Shown: in pieces, positions 1 to 9,345 of the stretch | Layout of the letters: every line of letters begins with the position of its first letter | Numbering within the stretch: the stretch's first letter is position 1 | Source of the DNA: an uncultured Clostridia bacterium | GTDB taxonomy: Bacteria > Bacillota > Clostridia > UBA1212 > SIG427 | Assembly: GCA_945965275.1 (NCBI GenBank) | Contig: CAMFNB010000001.1 | Location: 25,221 to 89,220, forward strand | Reading direction: 5' to 3' | DNA length: 64,000 nucleotides | Position numbers and translations under genes: made by a program | The notes under the pieces: model-generated | Told to the model about the DNA's origin: nothing | Databases searched by the model: none | The model's input: only the letters and a program-made list of their open reading frames with translations

Positions 1-208
1 TTTGTCACTGTATTTATCCACTGCTTCCGCCGTTCTCCGCAAACAGATAAAGCTGTTGTTTCTCTGTCATTCTCCTTGTCATTATTTTACAAAAAACGAG
101 TGTACCAACTATGGTTCATTGGATTTGTTCGCGTCTTTGCATAACAATGATATCAAACGGCCTTTTGAATTTATTGACAAACTGTTGTCGTTTTTGTAGC
201 ATAAACAT

Positions 209-673
209 ATGCTTATCGAAAAAAGACGAAAAAAAACTGCACCCTCAAAGGTACAGATTCAGTTAATGATATATTTATGTATGTGTTGGAGCTGCGAAGT
301 GTGGGAAAATGACTACTTCAATATTTACTCGTGTTCGCCCCGCACTCTTTTCAGATATATAAAGGAACTCAACGAGGCTCAAACCGTATATCGCTTTCAC
401 CATGAAAAGAAAGCAAAGCTTTTTTATGCGGAGGTTTTGCAGGCACCGTCGGCAGAACCCGCTCAGGATTCACGCCTCGCCCGTCTTCTTAAAATCATCA
501 ATAAATATACAAAAAACAGCTTTTACCTGAATGACAAAAAACCGACCGCACAAAAGGTGCAGTCGGAAATTTTACCGAGCGTAAACATGCGTACTCTTCA
601 GCGTGATCTCAAAGACATAAACAAAGCAATGGATATGCTGTATGAGTATGCCTATGAGAATAATCTGATTTAG
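209..673 (+). CDS. hypothetical protein with two YafY/DeoR-like HTH-like segments (RTLFRYIKEL..., RTLQRDLKDI...)
   Basis: ORF track; short motifs resembling the HTH of YafY/WYL regulators; no clear RBS check possible. Confidence 0.3.
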   Translation: MLIEKRRKKTAPSKVQIQLMIYLCMCWSCEVWENDYFNIYSCSPRTLFRYIKELNEAQTVYRFHHEKKAKLFYAEVLQAPSAEPAQDSRLARLLKIINKYTKNSFYLNDKKPTAQKVQSEILPSVNMRTLQRDLKDINKAMDMLYEYAYENNLI

Positions 674-683
674 TTCTTTTCCT

Positions 684-2006
684 TTATAAAAACATTACAT
701 AATAAATAGGCAGATATACGATTTTGCCGTCTGTTTTGACTGTGCGTCCATTCGATATAACAACAGCCTTCTCTATGTGATAGTCTTCATTTTTTACAAG
801 GTTGCTGAGGGCACTGTGAACCGTATAGTCTTTGCCGGACTTAACCTCAATCGGAACCGCGGACAGACTTTCATAATCATCAATCAAATAGTCAACCTCA
901 CCCTTATTACGATTGTCATAATAGAAAAGCTTATGTCCGTGTGCTGCCAATTCACTTGCCACAACACTTTCATAAACCGATCCGAGATTGATGCTTCTTT
1001 CGTCGTTAATAACCGCACGAATATTATTTCCGTAAAGAATTCCCGTCAGAATTCCGACATCATTAAGATAGAGCTTAAGTAAATTCTTTCCGGCAGACTC
1101 AATTAACGGAAACTTCGGATTTGATATCGCCTGAACATTCAGAGCAATTCCTGCACTGATTAAATATTCAAACTCGTCCCGGTAATCCGTAAATGTCTTT
1201 CCCTTTTTATTCTCTATGCTCTGTGCAATCACTCGTTTTTTCTTATTTTCCATATTTGACGGAATCAAATCATACACACGTCGAATCTTCAGTTTTCGTT
1301 CTGCATCATATTTAGATGCGTCCGCAGCATAATACTCATGAATTTCGTTTTGTATTTCACGCACTCTTTGAATGTTTTTTGTTTCAAAATAAGCATTGAC
1401 TGCATCCGGAAGGCCTCCGACAAGCAGATACTTGCGAAACAAATCCGTCATTTTATTATGTACGGATTCCTCAAGCGCCTCCATGCGCTCAAACTTTTTT
1501 CGCATGGAAGAAATTACAATTTCACTCATGCCGCTTGCGTACAAAAATTCCTCAAAATCAAGCGGATACATTCTGATTTTACGAATGCTTCCCATTGGAA
1601 TGGATGTGGTCTCTGACAATGTAACACCAAGAAGGGACCCGCTTGCAATATATGTGTATTTATTGTCCTGCGAAAGAAATTTCAGAAGCGTAAGAAGATG
1701 CGGATATATCTGAATTTCATCAATGAAAATCAGTGTGTTTTCCCTTTCTTTCATTTTGTCGCCATGAAGCATGCTGACCTGTAGGTAGAAATCTTCAACA
1801 GTGCGTATATCAGCAAAAAGCTTTGAATCGAGTGAATCCTCTACCATATTCAATTCAATAAAATTTGAAAACAGCTTTTTCCCCACGTAGCGAATGATAT
1901 ATGTCTTACCAACCTGACGTGCACCGTCAACAAGAAGAATTTTTTGAGAATCCGATTTTAAGTGATCCTCAATTTGAGCTTCGATTTTCCTGTAAAGCAT
2001 TTTCAA
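684..2006 (-). CDS. AAA+ ATPase of the AAA_14/DUF4143 type (generic ATP-binding protein)
   Basis: Walker A-like LLVDGARQVGKTY near N-terminus, 440 aa, typical stand-alone architecture of this family. Confidence 0.8.
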   Translation of the reverse strand: MKMLYRKIEAQIEDHLKSDSQKILLVDGARQVGKTYIIRYVGKKLFSNFIELNMVEDSLDSKLFADIRTVEDFYLQVSMLHGDKMKERENTLIFIDEIQIYPHLLTLLKFLSQDNKYTYIASGSLLGVTLSETTSIPMGSIRKIRMYPLDFEEFLYASGMSEIVISSMRKKFERMEALEESVHNKMTDLFRKYLLVGGLPDAVNAYFETKNIQRVREIQNEIHEYYAADASKYDAERKLKIRRVYDLIPSNMENKKKRVIAQSIENKKGKTFTDYRDEFEYLISAGIALNVQAISNPKFPLIESAGKNLLKLYLNDVGILTGILYGNNIRAVINDERSINLGSVYESVVASELAAHGHKLFYYDNRNKGEVDYLIDDYESLSAVPIEVKSGKDYTVHSALSNLVKNEDYHIEKAVVISNGRTVKTDGKIVYLPIYYVMFL

Positions 2007-2088
2007 GCCTCCGTTTGACTTTTCAAGTATATTTTACAGCGATTTTTCTGATTTTTCAATACTTTTCAGAAGCAAAAATACTAACTTT

Positions 2089-3423
2089 TCAATATTCTCT
2101 CAGCGGTGCCCTTCCGCTTTTACCGACATTAAACGCTCTTTTTCTCGGGAAGCTGCGGCAGGCAATATTTTCAAATCCTTTGGTAACACTCAAAGCCTCT
2201 TCGTTTCCGTATACAATAAACCAGGGATCGGCGTTGCGACAGTACAGATTTTTAATTGTGAAATCCGTCGCAGTTCCTTCGTGAGTAATAATCAAAACGA
2301 GGGCCCGATCTTTGTTTCTCATATATCTTAAAATCGCGTCGCCGTGGGTTTCGTCTGAATTCTTCTCAATATTATTTATATCAACAATATTGATGTCTGT
2401 GCCGGACACAAAAGCCCTTCTCAAACGATTTACAACAGTTCTTCGAAAATCATCCTTTCCGTCCGTGCAGGCCGGCGGAGCATCAATAATAACCAGCAAA
2501 GAAACAGGGTCGCAGTCATTTTCGCGACTGACTCTTCTCATCACACCGCTGCCGTTATCCTGTCGGCGGATTGTTCTCGAACCGTCTGTCAAATTACTCT
2601 TTATATGATTCCTGATTCTGTTTATCGCAACATTTATGTCACTGCTGTTCGGGCGATACAGCCATTCGCATTCGTCGGTGCTTTTTACCTTGTACCATGT
2701 GCAACTATCGTAGCTGCTCCACTGGTGATTGTCTTCGCTCATCTGAAAATATTCCGGCTCCCTCATATGACCGAAGTATTCCGCAAACTCTTCCCTAAAG
2801 CCTTCAAGTCTCATATCCCTCGGAAAATACTCCAGCCTGCCGCTGTCGCATATAAAGTATCGGGTGTGAAGTGCATTAAGCAAAAGCCTGATATGTTCTC
2901 CCGAAACAAAGCTTCCCCCGAATCCGCCGCCGTATCTTATTCTCGTTACATAGTCCACGTGAATGCTGTTCGGAATAAGGAACTGCGTTGCAAAAGCAGT
3001 ATTCTCCGTTATGATGTAGAAGAAATCGGTCTCCCACTCACCGAATACATTGCTCTGAATTTTAACGCGACTGTAAAATACGTTTCCGAACATATCCTTT
3101 GACGGTAAAAGAATCAACCTCTCATCATAAGGAAGCTTCAGTTCTCCCGCAAGCTCCAGGTTCTCTGCAACAATGGAAGTCCTTTTGTCCTGATGAAGCA
3201 CCGCATTGATGCTTCCGTTTTTCAGAAATCCTTTTACCGCCCAGTCATCACAGTCGGTAAAAACAAAGCAGTCCGGCAGCTGTTTCTCTTCCCATCCCTG
3301 AGTTTTCAAATATTGCGGAGTTAAATAGAGCATCCCGTGAAGATCTGTTCCCGCTGACGGATACCAGCAAATGCTTTTATATGATTTAAGTTGTTCCTGA
3401 AGCTCGTATGAAATATCGTCCAT
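2089..3423 (-). CDS. uncharacterized 444-aa protein (no recognizable family); C-terminal alpha/beta region
   Basis: Long intact ORF downstream of WYL regulator and acidic protein, same strand; no motif recognised by eye. Confidence 0.5.
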   Translation of the reverse strand: MDDISYELQEQLKSYKSICWYPSAGTDLHGMLYLTPQYLKTQGWEEKQLPDCFVFTDCDDWAVKGFLKNGSINAVLHQDKRTSIVAENLELAGELKLPYDERLILLPSKDMFGNVFYSRVKIQSNVFGEWETDFFYIITENTAFATQFLIPNSIHVDYVTRIRYGGGFGGSFVSGEHIRLLLNALHTRYFICDSGRLEYFPRDMRLEGFREEFAEYFGHMREPEYFQMSEDNHQWSSYDSCTWYKVKSTDECEWLYRPNSSDINVAINRIRNHIKSNLTDGSRTIRRQDNGSGVMRRVSRENDCDPVSLLVIIDAPPACTDGKDDFRRTVVNRLRRAFVSGTDINIVDINNIEKNSDETHGDAILRYMRNKDRALVLIITHEGTATDFTIKNLYCRNADPWFIVYGNEEALSVTKGFENIACRSFPRKRAFNVGKSGRAPLREY

Positions 3424-3513
3424 GTGTTTTCTCCTTTAGTTGATATGCATAACATAGCAAAACCCCTGCACCATTTTAGGTACAGGGGCTTTCGAATCAA
3501 TGTGCATCAGTCT

Positions 3514-4017
3514 TTATTTCTCTTCTGCTTCGCATAAGATAAAAGTATCACGATGAATAGGATAATCATCATTGTCAAAGTCTTCGAATTTGAAATACAG
3601 AGGATATTTCTTTTCAGGATTTAAGAAGTTAAACTTCATCTTTTTGTAATATCCGTCTAATATAATTCTGTCTTTATCAGCTTCCGCTTCCGCATATTCG
3701 TCGACATCATTGTCGTAAAATGAGAAAGAGTCAGCATCTTCCAATTCTGAGTCAGGAACAAACAACGCGTCGTTGATGGTCTTTAAAAAGTCATATGCGG
3801 TTATATCGCCCTCTTCATATATTTCGTCCTCGGCTTCGTAGCCTTCGTAAAAGCCTTCCTTATGCGGGAAATATTCCGTTTCTTTTGCATACTTTGTTAT
3901 CTGGTTTCTGAATTCGGAATAAGCTTTCTCTTCAGAATCAAATATAACTGCAGAACGTGTGTCTTCGTTATGCATATTTTCTGGGTTTTCTAATGATTTT
4001 ACCAATACGTATTTCAT
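3514..4017 (-). CDS. highly acidic 167-aa hypothetical protein (D/E/Y/F-rich)
   Basis: ORF 22 nt downstream of WYL regulator gene, same strand; extreme acidic composition (many DE runs). Confidence 0.5.
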   Translation of the reverse strand: MKYVLVKSLENPENMHNEDTRSAVIFDSEEKAYSEFRNQITKYAKETEYFPHKEGFYEGYEAEDEIYEEGDITAYDFLKTINDALFVPDSELEDADSFSFYDNDVDEYAEAEADKDRIILDGYYKKMKFNFLNPEKKYPLYFKFEDFDNDDYPIHRDTFILCEAEEK

Positions 4018-4039
4018 ATTCTTGTCCTTTTAAAATAAA

Positions 4040-5188
4040 CTAATTTTCCTGATCATACGGAACGGCTCTGCCTTCCTTCATATCCTCTTCCGCCTGACGA
4101 ATCATATCCGGCAAGTCCTCATTAAACTGCAGCACATAAGAAAGATAATTTCGGAATTTCTCATTCATCTCCGTCGGTTTGTATATGCATATATACGGAT
4201 AATGCTGAAGTACAAATCTCGCAACCGCATCCTCTGTTGATTTGAATGTTATCTCCAGCGGGTGTGTTGCCATAAGTTGTCTCATAACACCGAGATTAAG
4301 TCCCCCTGTGTAAAACAGCCTGTCTTCGGTGGGAAGCTTCGGTAACTTCTTAATCTTTATGTCCTCTCCGAATTCCTGAATAACGTCATTCAGTTCCTCT
4401 TCCCCGCATACAATGGTGAACTCCTTCGGATTACCGTAAAAATATCCCACCATCATAATTCTGTTTGAAAGACTTGCCCTCGGGTCCTCCATGTCTTTCG
4501 AAATAAGATTTCTCTTTTTCTCGGCATCTGCCTCCTTCTCGATTTTTATATTTCGTATCATGCTTGCTCTGAAACCCTGTGTCTCAAAGTACGTTTTTTC
4601 TTCATCCAGAGCCCGGCCGCCGATCAGGATATAGTCATGGTCTGTCAAAACAAGCTGTATCGGAGTAAGTGTATAATCGGCGCCGTGAACCAGCTTCTTA
4701 TTTACGTCATATTTCATATATTCAAAGCTGATTTGCTTTTTCTCCTCAATCGCTTCGTTGATGATTTCAATGTTATTGAATATGTCTTTGCAGTCTGTCT
4801 TTCTCCAGTCTGCAGGTGTGTGCACATTTTTTGTGCTGGTAAAAAACTTCTTTGTCGAAAGTCCGGCAATCTTCTTCACCAGTTCGTCCGTGTATTTTTT
4901 AGAAATTGATTTATTGGAAATTACGCTGTCCGCAAGCACTCTCAGTTCGCCGTCATCGAAGGTACGCTCTGCAAGCCAACTGCCCTTACTGTCGTTTCTT
5001 ATGTCATATCCGGCTTCTTTGAGCAATGAAAGATTTGCGGAAATTGCTTTTCTTTCAATTTCAATTCCGTACCTGTCAAAAAGAATCTCGGAAAGTTCAC
5101 TCTGCTTTATGTGTCTGTCTGCATCTGATTCTTCTTCCAGAATTCTCAAAATTCTCAGAAGTGCCAGTTTCTTAGGTTCTGCGGGCAT
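4040..5188 (-). CDS. wHTH-WYL domain transcriptional regulator (BrxR/CapW-like architecture)
   Basis: N-terminal HTH (KKLALLRILRILEE...ERKAISANLSLLKEAGYDI) and central WYL-like segment (KQISFEYMKY...YTLTPIQLVLTDHDYILIG). Confidence 0.7.
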   Translation of the reverse strand: MPAEPKKLALLRILRILEEESDADRHIKQSELSEILFDRYGIEIERKAISANLSLLKEAGYDIRNDSKGSWLAERTFDDGELRVLADSVISNKSISKKYTDELVKKIAGLSTKKFFTSTKNVHTPADWRKTDCKDIFNNIEIINEAIEEKKQISFEYMKYDVNKKLVHGADYTLTPIQLVLTDHDYILIGGRALDEEKTYFETQGFRASMIRNIKIEKEADAEKKRNLISKDMEDPRASLSNRIMMVGYFYGNPKEFTIVCGEEELNDVIQEFGEDIKIKKLPKLPTEDRLFYTGGLNLGVMRQLMATHPLEITFKSTEDAVARFVLQHYPYICIYKPTEMNEKFRNYLSYVLQFNEDLPDMIRQAEEDMKEGRAVPYDQEN

Positions 5189-5279
5189 ACGATCAACTCC
5201 TTTTCTTTATTGAACAATAAAGTCCTTATATTGTCAACAAAATAATCAGGATACGCATAGCACGTCCTGCCTGTTTTTA

Positions 5280-6035
5280 TCAGTCCTCTATACCTGCCTG
5301 CAGACCGAAATGCGGAAGACTGTTTATGTCTCTGATAAAAACCACATGACCTGCCTGCGGAATAAAATATGTGTTGAACTCAGGATCATTGATTCCGATA
5401 AAGCAAATCATTTTACCGTCCTTTTCAACTGACTTTTCGTAAAATCCGATTTTAACGGTTATATCTTCATCCTTCACATCTTTCGGGAAATTATAGTATT
5501 TCTCAAACTCTATTTTTTCAATCTCACCGGCAACCACATGGTCCCCTCTTTTAGTCTTCAGACTTTCAAAGTCTTCTTCCATAACAATCTCATTTAAGAA
5601 AGCCGTTACTTTGCATTCACCGACAATGTCCCCGGCCATTCCTTTGTAATTCACAATCGGCGCCTTGAAGAATATTTGACAAACCTCTTCTCCAGCCGGG
5701 CAGCAGCTCTCTTTTACCGCATCTCTGTATTCGCCGCAATGGCGGCATTTCTGCAACATGAATCCGCTCTCACTGATTTCTCTGTTTTTGAATTTCCATT
5801 TGCAGTCCCTTGCAGTCATCCATTCATGTCCGTATATTTCACATTCTCTTTTGATTCGCGCCTTCTTTTGTTCATAAGTTTCATTTACGGTTTCCGGCAC
5901 CGGTTTTTTCTGCGGTCTTGTTACGGCATTCACAACAGCATTTGTCAATGCATTTTCCACGAGACGTGATCCGTCAATTCTTCCGCTCATTGCCTGATTT
6001 TTTAATTCATCCAAAACACTTCCCATGTTTGTCAC
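5280..6035 (-). CDS. uncharacterized Cys-rich protein (possible zinc ribbon CxxxxHEW...CRHCGE...CC)
   Basis: ORF abutting upstream membrane-protein gene (stop/start 6037/6035); multiple Cys/His clusters. Confidence 0.5.
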   Translation of the reverse strand: MTNMGSVLDELKNQAMSGRIDGSRLVENALTNAVVNAVTRPQKKPVPETVNETYEQKKARIKRECEIYGHEWMTARDCKWKFKNREISESGFMLQKCRHCGEYRDAVKESCCPAGEEVCQIFFKAPIVNYKGMAGDIVGECKVTAFLNEIVMEEDFESLKTKRGDHVVAGEIEKIEFEKYYNFPKDVKDEDITVKIGFYEKSVEKDGKMICFIGINDPEFNTYFIPQAGHVVFIRDINSLPHFGLQAGIED

Positions 6036-6036
6036 C

Positions 6037-6921
6037 TCACATAATTTCGTTATTCATAAAACGCTGTTCTGCTTCAAAAAGGTTAAGCGCTTCTTTGAGC
6101 GAATCAGCTCTTCCGTTTTTAAGATACTCTTTAAGTTTCATCACCGTTTCGGTACGTTTGTATTTCTCTGCTATGAAATCCTGCTTCTCCAGTTCTTCCC
6201 CGAGTGCACTTACTGCATCAAGACTGTCGGAAATCATCTTGTCAACAAATGCTATGTTTTCTTTGTACTTTTCGTTGTGCATTGCCTCAATCTCGGCACA
6301 TCTCTTTTCAAATTTTGCATTTGCTTCCTCAAGCTGAGTCGGAAGAGCCCCTGCAATCTTTTTCATTTCTTCTGTGATTGCATTTCTTTTTGTGTTAAGA
6401 GCAGCAATATCCATTTGATATTTTTTTATGTGCTTCGGCAATTCAACTTCGTTGAATTTTTTGGTGTTGTCGAATTGCTTTTTGTCTTCCGTATATCTTC
6501 CGAGCTTCGGATGTGTAACTGCACATATTACAATTACACCTATTGCAAGCACAACTCCCATAAAGCCCAAAAAGACAGCGCTTTGCGTGGCTGCCGCAAT
6601 GAATATAAAAAGAAAAGCCTGTGCTGCCATAATTCCCGCAGCGACATTCCAGCTCTTTATCGACGGGGGCAGCTTCGGTTCCGGGAAATAGAATCTCTGC
6701 GGAAGCGGCGGATTCTTTATGCTGTCAAGCTCGTCCTCAAGCTTTTGGATGCTGTTCTCATATTCCTGTAAAACAATGTCTCTCTCATCATTGTTCGGTG
6801 CATTAAACTTGAGCTGAACGCTTCTGTCTAACGACATATTCAAATTCTGATATGCTTCATCACTTTTTTTACAGATTTCATAAAGACCGTCAAGTTTTTG
6901 TAGCAATTCGTCTTTTTCCAT
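6037..6921 (-). CDS. membrane protein with two central TM helices flanked by coiled-coil regions
   Basis: Hydrophobic stretch AAGIMAAQAFLFIFIAAATQSAVFLGFMGVVLAIGVIVICAV; heptad-rich flanks; 15 nt downstream of WYL paralog. Confidence 0.5.
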   Translation of the reverse strand: MEKDELLQKLDGLYEICKKSDEAYQNLNMSLDRSVQLKFNAPNNDERDIVLQEYENSIQKLEDELDSIKNPPLPQRFYFPEPKLPPSIKSWNVAAGIMAAQAFLFIFIAAATQSAVFLGFMGVVLAIGVIVICAVTHPKLGRYTEDKKQFDNTKKFNEVELPKHIKKYQMDIAALNTKRNAITEEMKKIAGALPTQLEEANAKFEKRCAEIEAMHNEKYKENIAFVDKMISDSLDAVSALGEELEKQDFIAEKYKRTETVMKLKEYLKNGRADSLKEALNLFEAEQRFMNNEIM

Positions 6922-6936
6922 ATTTGTTCTCCTGTT

Positions 6937-8067
6937 TTATTTTTCTTTTTCTTCCGCTTCTTCCACAAGTTCGGGCAAATATGCGTGAAGCTCATAAAGA
7001 AGTCTGATGTCTTCCATTAAATTGTTTTTCAGTTCTTCGGGTTTCATAATGCAGACCAAAGGATACCTTCTGAGCACAAAAGATTTTGCTGCGTATCTTG
7101 TTGCCTTAAAGCTGATTTTAATTGCTGACTCTGCAAGCAGTTCCCTTGAAAGATCCACATTCAGGTCATGCAGTTCAAAAAGCTCTCCCTTCTTATTCAG
7201 GTTTTGAAGCTTTGTAATCTTTATGTCCGTCCCGAAAGCCTCTATGACATCGCCGATTTCCCATGACGGGCAAACGATAGTGATATTTTCAAGTTTATTG
7301 AAAAAGTATGATTCTATCGACGGATGCTCCATTACAAGTTGTCTCGCATCCAAGCCGTCTTTCAGCACATCAACCTGCGACTTGTCAATTGCATTGCGGT
7401 TTTCTTCGGTTGAAATGTCCTGTATGTAACTGAGCTTGAAAATACGGGCCTCATACTCCTTCTTTTTCGTAAGAGAACTCATTGATTCCCTGATTGCAAG
7501 AAGGTAGTAATTCTGCGGAGTCATAATCATCTGCACCGGCGACACAATGTATTCATGCTCCGGCTGAAGCTTTTTATCTACGGTGTATTTCATGTATTTA
7601 AATGAAATCTGCTTTTTCCGTTCTATTGCTTCGCTGATGACTTCTATGTTGAGAAACAGTTCGGGGCTCTCATTCTTTTGCCAGTCAAGTACTGAATGGA
7701 TATGCCGGGTACTCGAATAGAAATTCTTGTTCGCAAGCTTTGCGATTTTTTCCACAAGATCAGCCGTATGCTTTTTTGATATGTACTTACTTGAAAGCAC
7801 ACTGTCTATCAGGAGCCTGAGCTCGGATTTTTCAAAATCACGTGTGACAATGTAGCATCCGGTTCTCGTGGTTTCAATCTCATATCCTGCTTCCTTCAGC
7901 AGAGACAGGTTTGCGGCAATTGCCTTTCTTTCGATTTCGATGCCGTAGTTTTCCTTCAGCTTTTCGGCAATGACCGCCTGCGTAAGCGGACGGTCAATGT
8001 CGCTGTATTCTTTCAGTATCTGCAGTATTCTCAGTAATGCTAATTTTTTGGGTTCTGCTGCTCCCAT
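6937..8067 (-). CDS. wHTH-WYL domain transcriptional regulator, paralog of 4040-5188
   Basis: N-terminus MGAAEPKKLALLRILQILKE...IERKAIAANLSLLKEAGYEI nearly identical in pattern to the other copy; WYL-like KQISFKYMKYTVDKK...YYLLAIRE. Confidence 0.7.
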   Translation of the reverse strand: MGAAEPKKLALLRILQILKEYSDIDRPLTQAVIAEKLKENYGIEIERKAIAANLSLLKEAGYEIETTRTGCYIVTRDFEKSELRLLIDSVLSSKYISKKHTADLVEKIAKLANKNFYSSTRHIHSVLDWQKNESPELFLNIEVISEAIERKKQISFKYMKYTVDKKLQPEHEYIVSPVQMIMTPQNYYLLAIRESMSSLTKKKEYEARIFKLSYIQDISTEENRNAIDKSQVDVLKDGLDARQLVMEHPSIESYFFNKLENITIVCPSWEIGDVIEAFGTDIKITKLQNLNKKGELFELHDLNVDLSRELLAESAIKISFKATRYAAKSFVLRRYPLVCIMKPEELKNNLMEDIRLLYELHAYLPELVEEAEEKEK

Positions 8068-8086
8068 ATTTATCTTGCCCTACTGA

Positions 8087-8290
8087 TTATTTTTTCAGAA
8101 CCTGCCACAGTTCCCACTTGTTGCAGCAATCATAATGACGCATTGACCAGTTTGTCAGCGTGCAGGTTCCTTGTGCCAAGTGTTCAACATCAACTGCTCT
8201 GTTTCCCTGTGATAGTTTTCTCATACCCAGCCAATAGCCACATGTTGAGCACTTTTTATCGCATGAAAAAGTTAATGCCATGTCATCCAA
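8087..8290 (-). CDS. small Cys-rich protein (6 Cys; CDKKCSTCGYW...CTLTNW...CCNKW)
   Basis: 67-aa ORF 19 nt upstream of the WYL paralog, same strand; 9 nt downstream of repeat peptide. Confidence 0.4.
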   Translation of the reverse strand: MDDMALTFSCDKKCSTCGYWLGMRKLSQGNRAVDVEHLAQGTCTLTNWSMRHYDCCNKWELWQVLKK

Positions 8291-8299
8291 CCTCCTTTC

Positions 8300-8545
8300 T
8301 CAGTTGTTTGAATTTAAGTCAATCAACGATGCCGCAGCATCGCCCTTTGCGATAATGCGTCCGTAGAAATCTCTGGTTACATCCATACCGGCCTTGTAAT
8401 CTCCGAGAATCCTTCCGTAAAAATCTTTTACAAGTTTGTCACCGTTCGGCTTCACGATAATTGTTCCCTTGATTCTTCCGTAAAAATCCTTGATTTTAAT
8501 TTCCTGGTCCATTGTAAAATTCTCCTTTATTAATATTTCAGCCAA
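8300..8545 (-). CDS. 81-aa peptide with three tandem KDFYGRI(x)G repeats
   Basis: Internal repeats DFYGRIKG / DFYGRILG / DFYGRIIAKG visible in translation. Confidence 0.4.
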   Translation of the reverse strand: MAEILIKENFTMDQEIKIKDFYGRIKGTIIVKPNGDKLVKDFYGRILGDYKAGMDVTRDFYGRIIAKGDAAASLIDLNSNN

Positions 8546-8777
8546 TTATTGTTATAAATATACTGAATCCGATGTACTGATTTCCGTGCACTGAAAGTTT
8601 TACATCTTCATAAACTGTATATTTCTCAGGCTTACAATGTCAGTTTACGCATCGCCATGTATCATTTTTCGTGCATGGTTAATTTTTTTCGGTAAAAAAC
8701 GACAAAGCCCGTTGCACATCTCTGTACAACGGACTCTGCCGCAATATAATGCAGTATTTCAAAGGCACTGATTGTCG

Positions 8778-9080
8778 TTACTCAAACATCTTTAAGAATT
8801 CTTCTGCCGAAAGCTTTATAAATCCGCTGTGCGATGCCTCTGCTCCCGTCTTTCTGTACGGGTTTGCCGTCATATAATCTTTGAGATCATAGAACGGCAA
8901 TCGCAGCGTGGAATATGTCCCGTAATGCTTGATTTTGTATCCCGATTTATACAGAATCTTTTCAAGCTCTTTCGTATATTTCACTGCGTAGTTTCTGTCG
9001 TATTCTCTTCCGAGTCGCGGCAATACTTTTAACTTTCTTTTTTTGAACGGCTTTGAAAATATTTCTGATAGTATCCGCAT
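8778..9080 (-). CDS. hypothetical basic 100-aa protein
   Basis: ORF only; isolated in an 800-bp mostly non-coding stretch. Confidence 0.3.
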   Translation of the reverse strand: MRILSEIFSKPFKKRKLKVLPRLGREYDRNYAVKYTKELEKILYKSGYKIKHYGTYSTLRLPFYDLKDYMTANPYRKTGAEASHSGFIKLSAEEFLKMFE

Positions 9081-9345
9081 ATAAAAAGACCTCCGTCAGA
9101 TTTTCTAACGAAAGTCTATCATATGTTGTGTGTCAGATTCGGGGCATCATTAATCTTTGACGTTTTTATTGCGCTTTTATCCGACATAATTCTTCCTCTG
9201 TTTTCCCTGGTTTTTCCTGTCACCATAAAAAACCCCGAAAAAACATCATAAATTTATGGTGAAAATCCTGCATTTTTGGTGGTAAAACCCTCTTTTTGCA
9301 CTCTTTTCCCTTGCACACCACGCTTCAGAAATATACAATAATCGC

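Noticed and set aside
777-1713. Plus-strand ORFs (101, 92, 105 aa) inside the DUF4143 ATPase gene
   Set aside because: Antisense to a strong 440-aa ORF with Walker A motif; shadow ORFs
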